From a virus (lineage: Duplodnaviria > Heunggongvirae > Uroviricota > Caudoviricetes), in IMG/VR virus record IMGVR_UViG_2896601577_000004: a DNA stretch of 11,947 nt; one strand, given 5' to 3'. Position numbers and translations under genes: made by a program. Under the pieces are notes generated by a model, which saw nothing but the letters and a program-made list of their open reading frames with translations, did not search any database and was not told where the DNA came from. Below, one piece after another: positions 1 to 11,102 of the stretch; the first letter of the stretch is position 1, and every line of letters begins with the position of its first letter.

Positions 1-906
1 GTGGATAGCGCACGCGCCCTTATTGCCCGGGGATGGGGAGTAAGCTTAGTCAGCCGTTGTCTCCGGGTGTCGCGTGCGCAGTTGCACGTCATTCTCAGAC
101 GAACCGATGACTGGATGGATGGCCGCCGCAGTCGTCACACTGATGATACGGATGTGCTTCTCCGTATACACCATGTTATCGGAGAGCTGCCCACGTATGG
201 TTATCGTCGGGTATGGGCGCTGCTTCGCAGACAGGCAGAACTTGATGGTATGCCTGCGATCAATGCCAAACGTGTTTACCGGATCATGCGCCAGAATGCG
301 CTGTTGCTTGAGCGAAAACCTGCTGTACCGCCATCGAAACGGGCACATACAGGCAGAGTGGCCGTGAAAGAAAGCAATCAGCGATGGTGCTCTGACGGGT
401 TCGAGTTCTGCTGTGATAACGGAGAGAGACTGCGTGTCACGTTCGCGCTGGACTGCTGTGATCGTGAGGCACTGCACTGGGCGGTGACTACCGGCGGCTT
501 CAACAGTGAAACAGTACAGGACGTCATGCTGGGAGCGGTGGAACGCCGCTTCGGCAACGATCTTCCGTCGTCTCCAGTGGAGTGGCTGACGGATAATGGT
601 TCATGCTACCGGGCTAATGAAACACGCCAGTTCGCCCGGATGTTGGGACTTGAACCGAAGAACACGGCGGTGCGGAGTCCGGAGAGTAACGGAATAGCAG
701 AGAGCTTCGTGAAAACGATAAAGCGTGACTACATCAGTATCATGCCCAAACCAGACGGGTTAACGGCAGCAAAGAACCTTGCAGAGGCGTTCGAGCATTA
801 TAACGAATGGCATCCGCATAGTGCGCTGGGTTATCGCTCGCCACGGGAATATCTGCGGCAGCGGGCTTGTAATGGGTTAAGTGATAACAGATGTCTGGAA
901 ATATAG
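1..906 (+). CDS. insD: IS2 transposase OrfB (InsD), DDE integrase-like catalytic subunit; GTG start at window edge, may be the downstream part of an InsCD fusion frame
   Basis: 301-aa ORF with IS3-family DDE transposase features; sequence recalled as IS2 InsD. Confidence 0.88.
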
Positions 907-917
907 GGGCAAATCCA
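1..917 (+). mobile_element. IS2 (IS3 family), 3' portion only; the window opens inside the element and the right end lies at about 917 (terminal sequence GGGGCAAATCCA)
   Basis: The 301-aa ORF matches the recalled IS2 InsD transposase; the recalled IS2 right terminus ...CAGATGTCTGGAAATATAGGGGCAAATCCA is present at 888..917. Confidence 0.88.
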
Positions 918-933
918 CTATCTTCCTCAAGTC

Positions 934-3526
<2,593 letters not shown>

Positions 3527-3598
3527 TGGAGCACCTGTGTTGTTCTGAGGTGAGCATATCACCTCTGTTCAGGTGGCCAAATTCAGTGTGCCACTTCA

Positions 3599-3659
<61 letters not shown>

Positions 3660-3662
3660 ATA

Positions 3663-3738
<76 letters not shown>

Positions 3739-3740
3739 GC

Positions 3741-3817
3741 TGGCCCACCACCGAGGACTCGAACCTCGCACCGTCAACTTAGAAGGTTGATGCTCTATCC
3801 GGATGAGCTAGTGGTGG
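3741..3817 (-). tRNA. tRNA-Arg (anticodon UCU, reads AGA), 77 nt, CCA encoded; unusual C1:G72 acceptor pair
   Basis: Minus-strand CCACCACTAGCTCATCCGGATAGAGCATCAACCTTCTAAGTTGACGGTGCGAGGTTCGAGTCCTCGGTGGTGGGCCA folds into a full cloverleaf (D stem GCTC/GAGC, anticodon stem TCAAC/GTTGA, T stem CGAGG/CCTCG). Confidence 0.7.
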
Positions 3818-3818
3818 T

Positions 3819-3895
3819 TGGTGGCCCTTGCTGGACTTGAACCAGCGACCTGGCGATTATGAGTCGCTCGCTCTGACCAACTGAGCTAAAGGGCC
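3819..3895 (-). tRNA. tRNA with CAU anticodon, most similar to tRNA-Ile2 (lysidine type, reads AUA) but tRNA-Met cannot be excluded; 77 nt, CCA encoded
   Basis: Minus-strand GGCCCTTTAGCTCAGTTGGTCAGAGCGAGCGACTCATAATCGCCAGGTCGCTGGTTCAAGTCCAGCAAGGGCCACCA resembles recalled E. coli ileX; one A-C mismatch at the top of the anticodon stem. Confidence 0.65.
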
Positions 3896-3983
3896 GGAGG
3901 CAGAATAATAACCATATGTCATCACATCTGCAAACTCATCTGACCACCAGCACGTTTAACGTCCTGTGCCGTTTTTCAGGTAT

Positions 3984-4008
3984 AAAAAAACCCGCATAAA
4001 GCGGGCTC
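3984..4008 (-). terminator. Rho-independent terminator between the Q-like gene and the tRNA array; candidate tR'-type terminator of a lambdoid late operon
   Basis: Minus strand reads AAAGAGCCCGC-TTTAT-GCGGG-TTTTTTT: a GC-rich 5-bp stem (extendable), 5-nt loop and 7-U tract. Confidence 0.55.
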
Positions 4009-4084
4009 TTTCAAATGTCCATGTCTGCTATTCGCCTCGCGGTACAGCTTTGCGAAGCGTACAAGAATTGAAGCAGTTTTTACG

Positions 4085-4507
4085 TCAAAAAGCAATAACT
4101 TTTTTCTCTATACCAAAAGCCATAACCATTGGTTTGTACAAAATAAATTCTGCCACCTTTAGCCAATGCTCAATGCGTCTTTCACAGGTTCTTAAACTCC
4201 ATTTCGGGTGTGCATCATTCAGCAGTTCAGCCATTTTGCGTTTGGTCATCCCCCGCCCCTCATACCGTTGCCGAAGGACGCTAATCAATCCTGGATGCTC
4301 TGCCAGCACCTCACTTATGACCCGATCAATACATAACGCCTCTGCATCAGTACAATGCGCCAGCCAGCTCTTTTGCTTACCGTTAATCATATCCCGCAAA
4401 AAAGCCTCAAGTTCAGACTTGTTCAGACCTGCTTTTTTCATCCTCCGGAGCGCCTCGTTAATTGCCGTTTTTGTCAGCTTTTTAGAGGCCAACAACTGGT
4501 TGAACAT
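4085..4507 (-). CDS. Putative phage late-gene antiterminator Q-like protein (about 140 aa from the ATG at 4507); the longer 193-aa frame back to 4666 starts with TTG inside the IS600 inverted repeat and is probably artefactual
   Basis: Position is Q-like: downstream of nin-region genes and immediately upstream of a terminator plus tRNA array. Loose similarity to recalled 933W/DLP12-type Q (QuuD) around ...HCTDAEALCIDRV...GMT...; no search run. Confidence 0.4.
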   Translation of the reverse strand: MFNQLLASKKLTKTAINEALRRMKKAGLNKSELEAFLRDMINGKQKSWLAHCTDAEALCIDRVISEVLAEHPGLISVLRQRYEGRGMTKRKMAELLNDAHPKWSLRTCERRIEHWLKVAEFILYKPMVMAFGIEKKVIAF

Positions 4508-4638
4508 ATTCCCCGTCTTACCGCCGCCAATATACGACCAGCGCCCCACATGCGCAGTTTTCCCTGAATCCAGACACTTTCCAGCGTGGTGAGACGAAGG
4601 TGTTCCCCGCTTTTGCCTGTATTTGTTGGGTAAATCAT
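4474..4638 (-). CDS. Small hypothetical ORF (54 aa, MIYPTNTGKSGEHLRL...) translationally coupled to the ybcO-like gene in the pre-IS600 sequence
   Basis: Its ATG overlaps the reconstructed ybcO-like stop (TTATGA) and is preceded by AAGGAAGG once IS600 is removed in silico; no recognisable family, W-rich composition. Confidence 0.25.
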   Translation of the reverse strand: MIYPTNTGKSGEHLRLTTLESVWIQGKLRMWGAGRILAAVRRGICSTSCWPLKS

Positions 4639-4693
4639 AAATAACCTTCCTGAGGTGTACTGGCAATAGCGGACACTACCATTTGTTCTTTTT

Positions 4694-5512
4694 TTAAGCA
4701 GCCATCTGATGATATTTTTCCCTGAAGGCTGCCGGGGAGATATTCCCCAGACGAGAGTGACGACGCTGACGATTGTAGAAAATCTCAATGTATTCCCGTA
4801 TTACTGAGATGGCTTCATCCCGGTTATTAAAACGATAGTGGCTCAGGCTCTCATTTTTCAGCGTTCCCCAGAAGCTTTCCATCGGAGCGTTGTCGTAACA
4901 CTGACCTTTACGCGACATTGATGTTTTCAGACCAGACTGCTCCTGTATGACCCGGTAATCGTATGCGCAGTACTGTGAACCTCGATCAGAGTGGTGGATT
5001 AGCCCGGCAGGTGGGCGCTGGCTCCTGAGCGCCATAAACAGGGCTTTACCTGTCAGCTCTTTTGTCATGCGCTCTCCCATGGCGTAGCCGACAATTTCGC
5101 ACGTATAAACATCTTTGATGCCAGCGAGGTACAACCATCCCTCCTGTGTGGCAACATACGTCAGGTCCGCCACCCAGACCTGATTTGGTGCTGTAGGAGC
5201 GAACGTCTGGTTCAGCAGATTTGGCGCAACTGGCAGATTGTGGTTCGGGTTCGTAGTCGCTCTGAACTTGCGTTTCTGCTTACAGCGTAGCCTTAGCTCC
5301 TTACGAAGACGTGCCAGTCGGTCACGACCAACGATGATGCCATTCTCTGCCAGCTCCGTCTGGAGCCGCCGGGTTCCATATGTTTCGCGAGTGCGGATAT
5401 GTGCCACCTTAATCTCCAGTTTTAGCCGCTCATCACTTTGTTTTCTGTCTGAGGGTTCATGCTGTACCCAGTTGTAATAACCGCTCCTGGATACACCAAA
5501 TACCTGACACAT
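4694..5512 (-). CDS. IS600 transposase OrfB (DDE domain)
   Basis: 272-aa ORF of IS3-family OrfB type, recalled as IS600 OrfB. Confidence 0.9.
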   Translation of the reverse strand: MCQVFGVSRSGYYNWVQHEPSDRKQSDERLKLEIKVAHIRTRETYGTRRLQTELAENGIIVGRDRLARLRKELRLRCKQKRKFRATTNPNHNLPVAPNLLNQTFAPTAPNQVWVADLTYVATQEGWLYLAGIKDVYTCEIVGYAMGERMTKELTGKALFMALRSQRPPAGLIHHSDRGSQYCAYDYRVIQEQSGLKTSMSRKGQCYDNAPMESFWGTLKNESLSHYRFNNRDEAISVIREYIEIFYNRQRRHSRLGNISPAAFREKYHQMAA

Positions 5513-5547
5513 CGCTTCAATGGGAAATTGTTGTCGCCATTGTTCGA

Positions 5548-5850
5548 TTAACGCGTATTTTTCAGCGACTCCTGTGCAAAATACGCTGTTGCTTTTTTTA
5601 ATATATCTCGCTCAAGGCGAGCTTCATTTAACGCCTTACGCAGTTGCAGAATTTCAGATTCCAGTTCAGCCACCGTGCGGGAACCAGGAGTACCGAGCCC
5701 TTTTCTGGCGGCGGTAACCCATTGTCCTAAAGTGCCTTCAGGAAGGGATAATCGGGAAGCGCCTTCACTGATCGAAAGTTGATTTTCAAGAACCGTTCTG
5801 ACAGCTTCGGCTTTGAACTCTTTAGAGTAACGTTGGTTTTTTCTGCTCAT
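5548..5850 (-). CDS. IS600 OrfA (helix-turn-helix regulatory protein, 100 aa)
   Basis: MSRKNQRYSKEFKAEAVRTVLENQLSISEGASRL... recalled as IS600 OrfA; an A-rich slippery run lies at its 3' end. Confidence 0.9.
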   Translation of the reverse strand: MSRKNQRYSKEFKAEAVRTVLENQLSISEGASRLSLPEGTLGQWVTAARKGLGTPGSRTVAELESEILQLRKALNEARLERDILKKATAYFAQESLKNTR

Positions 5851-5914
5851 TATTAGCTCCTTCTGATGCCATTCTATTTCAGGAAGGAGTGTCCGTTAAA
5901 CTCAGGCTACCTAA

Positions 5915-6109
5915 TCCTTTCTCCAGATTTCTTGCGTGCGAAAAACACCTTCTGCATGCATCAGGCGTAATTCTTCTTTGGTGTAATCGCTTGTTTTTAC
6001 CCGCCAGTCGGTAATGCGCCAGCACAGACGTTTCCGGATCGTGATTGCAGTAGCCAGGAATTCTGACGGTGCACATCTGCCCCCGCGCCGCTTTACGTAA
6101 ATCCACCAT
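5915..6109 (-). pseudogene. ybcO-like (DUF1364) lambdoid nin-region gene, degraded: N-terminal 37 aa in one frame, C-terminus in another frame (internal deletion of the Cys/His-rich centre), and IS600 inserted 9 nt before its stop; the last codons and TGA stop lie at 4635..4650 beyond IS600
   Basis: N-terminus MVDLRKAARGQMCTVRIPGYCNHDPETSVLAHYRLAG matches recalled E. coli YbcO (MADLRKAARGRECQVRIPGVCSHNPETSVLAHIRLTG...). The frame-2 C-terminus ...EGVFRTQEIWRKEGYL (spliced across IS600) matches the recalled YbcO C-terminus ...EGMARTQVIWLKEGVIKA. Confidence 0.55.
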
Positions 6110-6759
6110 TACGCAAACTCCAGTAGCTGCGCGGCCACATTTTCGACTTGTTCCGGAGAGGAAAATTTACGGAACAGGATCCAGTTCAACAGTACATTCA
6201 GCACAGATTTATAAACCTGCTGAAACTCGGTTTCGTCCATATTCGCAAACGAGATGGATTTCGCCCTGCGCCCACGGCTACCGTCCGGATAAATATGCTC
6301 GGTGTAAAATCCGGCCTGAATGGTTACCCACTCGCGGAAAGCCTCAAACGACTTTAGCAATGCTGTATCTCGGGTTCTGCGTGTCGCAACTGTATTCAGA
6401 TATTGCTCTGCGGCTTCGCTCAGAGCTGGCGTATGTTCCCGGCCTACTGATTCGCACAGGTACTCAACGAAGCCTGATACCAGTTCTCGTTCGCGAGGCG
6501 TAATCGCCCCACCGATCGGAGTCCAGTAATCGAATCCCAGTTGCAGGAGTTTGAAAAAACGCTTGTGGAATGCGTAGTTACGCACACGCTTAAAGTCTGC
6601 GTGTATCCACTCACCTGTTTTGATTTGATGCAGAAAATCGCAACTCTCCGGCGTCGCCGGGAGAAGTAATCCGGAAGAGGTTTGTTTGATCAGTTGTATA
6701 TGGCCATCGGCTTTCTCCGGTGGCACGGTGTTACACAGCAGGAGTTCAATCCTGCTCAA
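6109..6759 (-). CDS. Conserved lambdoid-prophage nin-region protein of unknown function (possibly DUF1367 family), 216 aa
   Basis: Long ORF whose stop overlaps the ybcO-like start (TAATG) and whose start overlaps the upstream 95-aa ORF by 14 nt; family assignment is from memory only. Confidence 0.6.
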   Translation of the reverse strand: MSRIELLLCNTVPPEKADGHIQLIKQTSSGLLLPATPESCDFLHQIKTGEWIHADFKRVRNYAFHKRFFKLLQLGFDYWTPIGGAITPRERELVSGFVEYLCESVGREHTPALSEAAEQYLNTVATRRTRDTALLKSFEAFREWVTIQAGFYTEHIYPDGSRGRRAKSISFANMDETEFQQVYKSVLNVLLNWILFRKFSSPEQVENVAAQLLEFA

Positions 6760-7033
6760 GATTGTAGATGAGTTTATTCTTCAGCAAAAGCAGAAAACCA
6801 GCCTTAAAACCAATCTCTTTCAAAACCCGTAATGATGTGACAAATTCGTCCTCACGCAAAATAAAACCGTCCGTCAGAAGTCCATTACAAAAATAAAATA
6901 ACACAGCACCGCTCTTCCTTTGTTGAGATTGCAAACATCTAATGCGGCAATGGCTGACAATCGCTCCATTCTCAACGCGCACAGCATAGAGGCCATTTTC
7001 ACTAAAAATTTCACGCAATTCTTCGATTTTCAT
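6746..7033 (-). CDS. Hypothetical small prophage protein (95 aa), first gene of a coupled operon
   Basis: ATG at 7033 preceded by GGAAGGA at suitable spacing; 14-nt overlap with the next gene; a sigma70-like promoter lies just upstream. Confidence 0.5.
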   Translation of the reverse strand: MKIEELREIFSENGLYAVRVENGAIVSHCRIRCLQSQQRKSGAVLFYFCNGLLTDGFILREDEFVTSLRVLKEIGFKAGFLLLLKNKLIYNLEQD

Positions 7034-7114
7034 CTTCAGAATCCTTCCAGATAAATAGCTCTCCCCTGTTCGGGGTCCATCCCTCTTCTCCCTGCGCGCT
7101 ACTTAAGTGAGTCG

Positions 7115-7142
7115 ATTCTATCTGCGAAGGTGCGCGAATCAA
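7115..7142 (-). promoter_or_regulatory. Candidate sigma70 promoter for the 95-aa / 216-aa / ybcO-like / Q-like operon
   Basis: Minus strand reads TTGATT (-35), 16-nt spacer, TAGAAT (-10), about 80 nt upstream of the ATG at 7033. Confidence 0.35.
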
Positions 7143-7161
7143 ATTCACCGGAAATAAACAA

Positions 7162-7205
7162 CAAAAAACCCGCCGAAACTCTGAGAGATCACAGCGATGG
7201 GCGGG
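7162..7205 (-). terminator. Candidate 3' terminator of the hok transcript
   Basis: Minus strand CCCGCCC-(25-nt loop)-GGCGGG followed by TTTTTT; a second perfect 9-bp hairpin (GGGCGGGGA/TCCCCGCCC, 7236..7265) lies just after the hok stop without a U-tract. Confidence 0.4.
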
Positions 7206-7282
7206 TTAAGTGCGGGTGCGTTGAGGATGCCTGACACATCAGAGGTGGGCGGGGATGGGATCAGCTCCCCGCCCGGTCACTC

Positions 7283-7438
7283 TTACTTCCTGGATTCGTA
7301 GTCTACGAAGACAGCGACCTCCGTCTGGCCGGTTCGGATTCGTACCTCACAGAGGTCTTTCCTCGTTACCAGTGCCGTCACTATGACGGTTAAACAGATG
7401 ACGATCAGGGCGATTAACATCGCCTTTTGCTGCTTCAT
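7283..7438 (-). CDS. hok: Hok-family type I toxin (51 aa small membrane peptide, HokD/RelF-like)
   Basis: MKQQKAMLIALIVICLTVIVTALVTRKDLCEVRIRTGQTEVAVF... is near-identical to recalled HokD over the first ~44 residues, with the typical single transmembrane helix. Confidence 0.8.
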   Translation of the reverse strand: MKQQKAMLIALIVICLTVIVTALVTRKDLCEVRIRTGQTEVAVFVDYESRK

Positions 7439-7495
7439 AGCCTGCTTCTCCTTGCCTTTCGGCATGTAAGAGGCTAACCTACATGTGCAAAGCAT
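7283..7495 (-). CDS. mok: Mok (modulator of killing) reading frame, same frame and stop as hok with a 19-codon N-terminal extension
   Basis: ATG at 7495 opens a 70-aa frame co-terminal with hok, the arrangement known for mokC/hokC-type loci. Confidence 0.55.
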   Translation of the reverse strand: MLCTCRLASYMPKGKEKQAMKQQKAMLIALIVICLTVIVTALVTRKDLCEVRIRTGQTEVAVFVDYESRK

Positions 7496-7665
7496 GAAAT
7501 TGGCCTCAGATTAATGTTAAGCGTCTTGCCGGACGCGTAATGTTAACTGGGGCTTTTCTCTATCTGCCTTTTAGTGTTCATGCCTGAAGCAGATAGCCTC
7601 AAGCACCCGCAGTCATTCTACTTACCTCGCCAATATGAAATCAATCAGAAAGGTGCCCCATAAAA

Positions 7666-8352
7666 TCACTCCTTCTCTTCTTTACCGTAGTGGAGTTGAC
7701 CAATTTTGATAAGAGGGCGTCCCTGAGATTTGCGGTGTAGATTGGTATCGCGCAGAGAATACACACAGCCACAATATTCCTGCTGATAGAATTTTTCGCG
7801 CTTGCTGATTTCAATCATACGGGACGAGCCTCCCTGCTTGCGCCAGTTATAATCCCAGTACACCATGCCCGGATAATGCGCGACGGCTCGCCGCCCACAG
7901 TCGTTAACCTGCTGCATATTTTTCCAGCGTGAAATGCCCAGTGAACTGCTGATCACACTGAAACCATTTTCAGCGGCGTACAGCGCTGTCCGCTCAAAAC
8001 GCATGTCAAAACACATGGTGCAACGGATCCCTCGTTCGGGCTCCCATTCCATTCCTTTGGCTCGTTCAAACCAGTTGTCTGTGTCGTAATCAGCATCAAT
8101 AAACGGCACGCCGTGTTGTTCAGCAAAGCGAATATTCTCATCCTTACGAATTAAATACTCTTTCTGAGGATGAATGTTCGGGTTGTAGAAAAAGATGGTG
8201 TAGTCGATTCCCGAGGCCTGAAGCGCCTCCATCACCTCACCGGAACATGGAGCACAGCAAGAGTGCAGTAGTAGTTTGTTTGCCCCGTTTGGGAGCTCCA
8301 ATTTGGGCCGTTTGAAATCAGCAACTGTCATAAATATGTTTATTGGGGTCAT
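7666..8352 (-). CDS. queH: QueH-like epoxyqueuosine reductase (DUF208 family), prophage-borne
   Basis: 228-aa ORF with the recalled DUF208 cysteine motifs: HSCCAPCS near the N-terminus, CTMCFDMRF in the middle, YCGCVYS near the C-terminus. Confidence 0.75.
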   Translation of the reverse strand: MTPINIFMTVADFKRPKLELPNGANKLLLHSCCAPCSGEVMEALQASGIDYTIFFYNPNIHPQKEYLIRKDENIRFAEQHGVPFIDADYDTDNWFERAKGMEWEPERGIRCTMCFDMRFERTALYAAENGFSVISSSLGISRWKNMQQVNDCGRRAVAHYPGMVYWDYNWRKQGGSSRMIEISKREKFYQQEYCGCVYSLRDTNLHRKSQGRPLIKIGQLHYGKEEKE

Positions 8353-8499
8353 AAAAATATCAAAGAGTGTAGCATTAGAACGGGGCTATCGGAAACAGAT
8401 GTGTGACTGCTCCCCGCCCTTTCGGGCTGAAGTGGCACACTGAATTTGGCCACCTGAACAGAGGTGATATGCTCACCTCAGAACAACACAGGTGCTCCA

Positions 8500-9397
<898 letters not shown>

Positions 9398-9439
9398 TGA
9401 ACCGCCCCGGGTTTCCTGGAGAGTGTTTTATCTGTGAAC

Positions 9440-10330
9440 TCAGGCTGCCAGATCATCGTTTCCGATGGAAGCATAATAAGCTTTTTCTGCTTCTGCCGGA
9501 GGAGTATGGCCCAGCCTTTCCAGCAATCGTCGATTATTATACCAGTCCACCCACGTGAGTGTGGCCAGTTCCACTTCTGCACGGTTTTTCCAGCTCTTAC
9601 GGTGTATTACCTCCGCTTTGTAAAGACCATTGATGCTCTCCGCCATCGCGTTGTCATACGAGTCGCCTGTACTTCCTGTTGATGCCAGTAATCCGGCTTC
9701 CTTAAGCCGCTGTGTGTAGGCCAGCGATACATACTGAGAACCTTTATCACTGTGATGGACTGTGCCGGACGGTCGACGGGCCCATAACGCCTGCTCCAGA
9801 GCATCCAGCACGAATGTCGTTTCCATGGACGATGAGACCCGCCACCCCACGATGTATCCGGCAAACACATCAATGATGAACGCCACATAGACGAAGCCCT
9901 GCCATGTGCTGACGTAAGTAAAATCAGCCACCCACAGCTGGTCAGGTCGTTCTGCCACGAACTGACGGTTTACGCGGTCGCCTGCGGCAACGGCTTTCCG
10001 GCTGATGGTCGTACGGACCTTTTTACCCCGGAGAACACCGGCAAGTCCCATAACCGCCATGAGACGTGCCACAGTGCATCTGGCCACTCTGATACCTTCC
10101 CGTAACAACTGACGCCAGACTTTACGCACACCGTATACCTGATGATTCCCATCGTATACGCGCAGTATCTCTTTCTTCAGCCAGTCATCGCGCTGCGCAC
10201 GGGCACTGCGTTTATCAGGATGATGTCGCTGTTGCTGACAGTGGTAATACGTTGACGGGGCAATATGCAGTTCACTGCATACCGGTCCGACCCCGTACAG
10301 CTTACGCAGCTTATCCAGCAGTGGCATCAC
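9440..10330 (-). CDS. IS629 transposase OrfB (DDE domain, 296 aa)
   Basis: IS3-family OrfB with a 4-nt overlap with OrfA; recalled as IS629 OrfB. Confidence 0.9.
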   Translation of the reverse strand: MMPLLDKLRKLYGVGPVCSELHIAPSTYYHCQQQRHHPDKRSARAQRDDWLKKEILRVYDGNHQVYGVRKVWRQLLREGIRVARCTVARLMAVMGLAGVLRGKKVRTTISRKAVAAGDRVNRQFVAERPDQLWVADFTYVSTWQGFVYVAFIIDVFAGYIVGWRVSSSMETTFVLDALEQALWARRPSGTVHHSDKGSQYVSLAYTQRLKEAGLLASTGSTGDSYDNAMAESINGLYKAEVIHRKSWKNRAEVELATLTWVDWYNNRRLLERLGHTPPAEAEKAYYASIGNDDLAA

Positions 10331-10653
10331 TTTTTCCAGAGGCGGTCGAACTCCGCCTTCGCAAAATAAGCGGAAGCCTGGCGAAGGATATCGTTACTGC
10401 GGCGCAGTTCACGATTTTCACGCTCCAGCTCTTTCAGACGCTGACGTTCAGCGGTGGTGAGCCCTCCATCACCGCCCCCGGTATCCCGCTCATGCTGGCG
10501 AACCCAGACACGCAGAGTCTCCGGCGTACAGCCAATCTTTGGAGCAATGGAACAAATTGTCGCCCATTGTGAGTCATATTCGCCCTGACTTTCCAGAACC
10601 ATACGGACTGCCCGTTGACGGACTTCGGGGGAAAAACGAGTATTTTTAGTCAT
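10327..10653 (-). CDS. IS629 OrfA (108 aa, helix-turn-helix)
   Basis: [50 protein letters not shown]... recalled as IS629 OrfA. Confidence 0.9.
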   Translation of the reverse strand: MTKNTRFSPEVRQRAVRMVLESQGEYDSQWATICSIAPKIGCTPETLRVWVRQHERDTGGGDGGLTTAERQRLKELERENRELRRSNDILRQASAYFAKAEFDRLWKK

Positions 10654-10707
10654 CCTGTTTACCTCTTTCTCAGGGAGTTTAGTCTCCAGGATTCCCGGGG
10701 CGGTTCA

Positions 10708-11102
10708 ATGGGAAATTGTTGTCGCCATTGTTCGATTAACGCGTATTTTTCAGCGACTCCTGTGCAAAATACGCTGTTGCTTTTTTTAATATATCTCGCT
10801 CAAGGCGAGCTTCATTTAACGCCTTACGCAGTTGCAGAATTTCAGATTCCAGTTCAGCCACCGTGCGGGAACCAGGAGTACCGAGCCCTTTTCTGGCGGC
10901 GGTAACCCATTGTCCTAAAGTGCCTTCAGGAAGGGATAATCGGGAAGCGCCTTCACTGATCGAAAGTTGATTTTCAAGAACCGTTCTGACAGCTTCGGCT
11001 TTGAACTCTTTAGAGTAACGTTGGTTTTTTCTGCTCATTATTAGCTCCTTCTGATGCCATTCTATTTCAGGAAGGAGTGTCCGTTAAACTCAGGCTACCT
11101 CA
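10708..11102 (-). mobile_element. IS600, second copy, truncated: only the left ~395 bp (orfA end) remain, abutting IS629
   Basis: Sequence identical to 5518..5912 of copy 1; terminus ...CTCAGGCTACCTCA at 11102; the IS629/IS600 junction falls within the 4-bp microhomology TTCA (10704..10707). Confidence 0.9.
10736..11038 (-). CDS. IS600 OrfA (copy 2)
   Basis: Identical protein to copy 1 OrfA. Confidence 0.9.
   Translation of the reverse strand: MSRKNQRYSKEFKAEAVRTVLENQLSISEGASRLSLPEGTLGQWVTAARKGLGTPGSRTVAELESEILQLRKALNEARLERDILKKATAYFAQESLKNTR

Larger units (their letters stand above)
4651..5914 (-). mobile_element. IS600 (IS3 family), complete 1264-bp copy, a simple insertion flanked by a 3-bp direct repeat TCC (4648..4650 and 5915..5917)
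   Basis: OrfA and OrfB match recalled IS600 proteins; imperfect terminal inverted repeats TGAGGTGTACTGG... at 4651 and ...CTCAGGCTACCTAA at 5914; length equals the known IS600 length. Confidence 0.9.
9398..10707 (-). mobile_element. IS629 (IS3 family), complete 1310-bp copy on the minus strand, flanked by two different truncated IS elements
   Basis: Termini TGAACCGCCCCGGGTTTCCTGGAGA at 9398 and the reverse complement of TGAACCGCCCCGGGAATCCTGGAGA ending at 10707; OrfA and OrfB match recalled IS629 proteins; length equals the known IS629 length. Confidence 0.9.

Noticed and set aside
4008-4090. Late promoter (pR'-like) between the Q-like stop and the terminator
   Set aside because: A TTGACG -35-like hexamer is present but no acceptable -10 hexamer at 16-18 nt spacing was found; too weak to annotate as a feature.
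3966-4592. 208-aa plus-strand ORF, and the 70-aa ORF at 4355..4567
   Set aside because: Run antisense to the Q-like gene and across the terminator and intergenic region; Ser/Leu-rich low-complexity translation, no ribosome-binding site.
4508-4666. N-terminal 53 codons of the 193-aa ORF
   Set aside because: The frame starts with TTG inside the IS600 inverted repeat (IS600 begins at 4651), so this extension cannot be native; the ATG at 4507 is the more plausible start.
5238-5717. Plus-strand ORFs inside IS600 (copy at 10615..10905)
   Set aside because: Antisense frames within IS600 orfA/orfB.
6069-6529. Three plus-strand ORFs (144, 69, 69 aa) overlapping the 216-aa gene
   Set aside because: Antisense to a longer ORF that is embedded in a coupled operon; Arg/Ser-rich translations typical of reverse frames.
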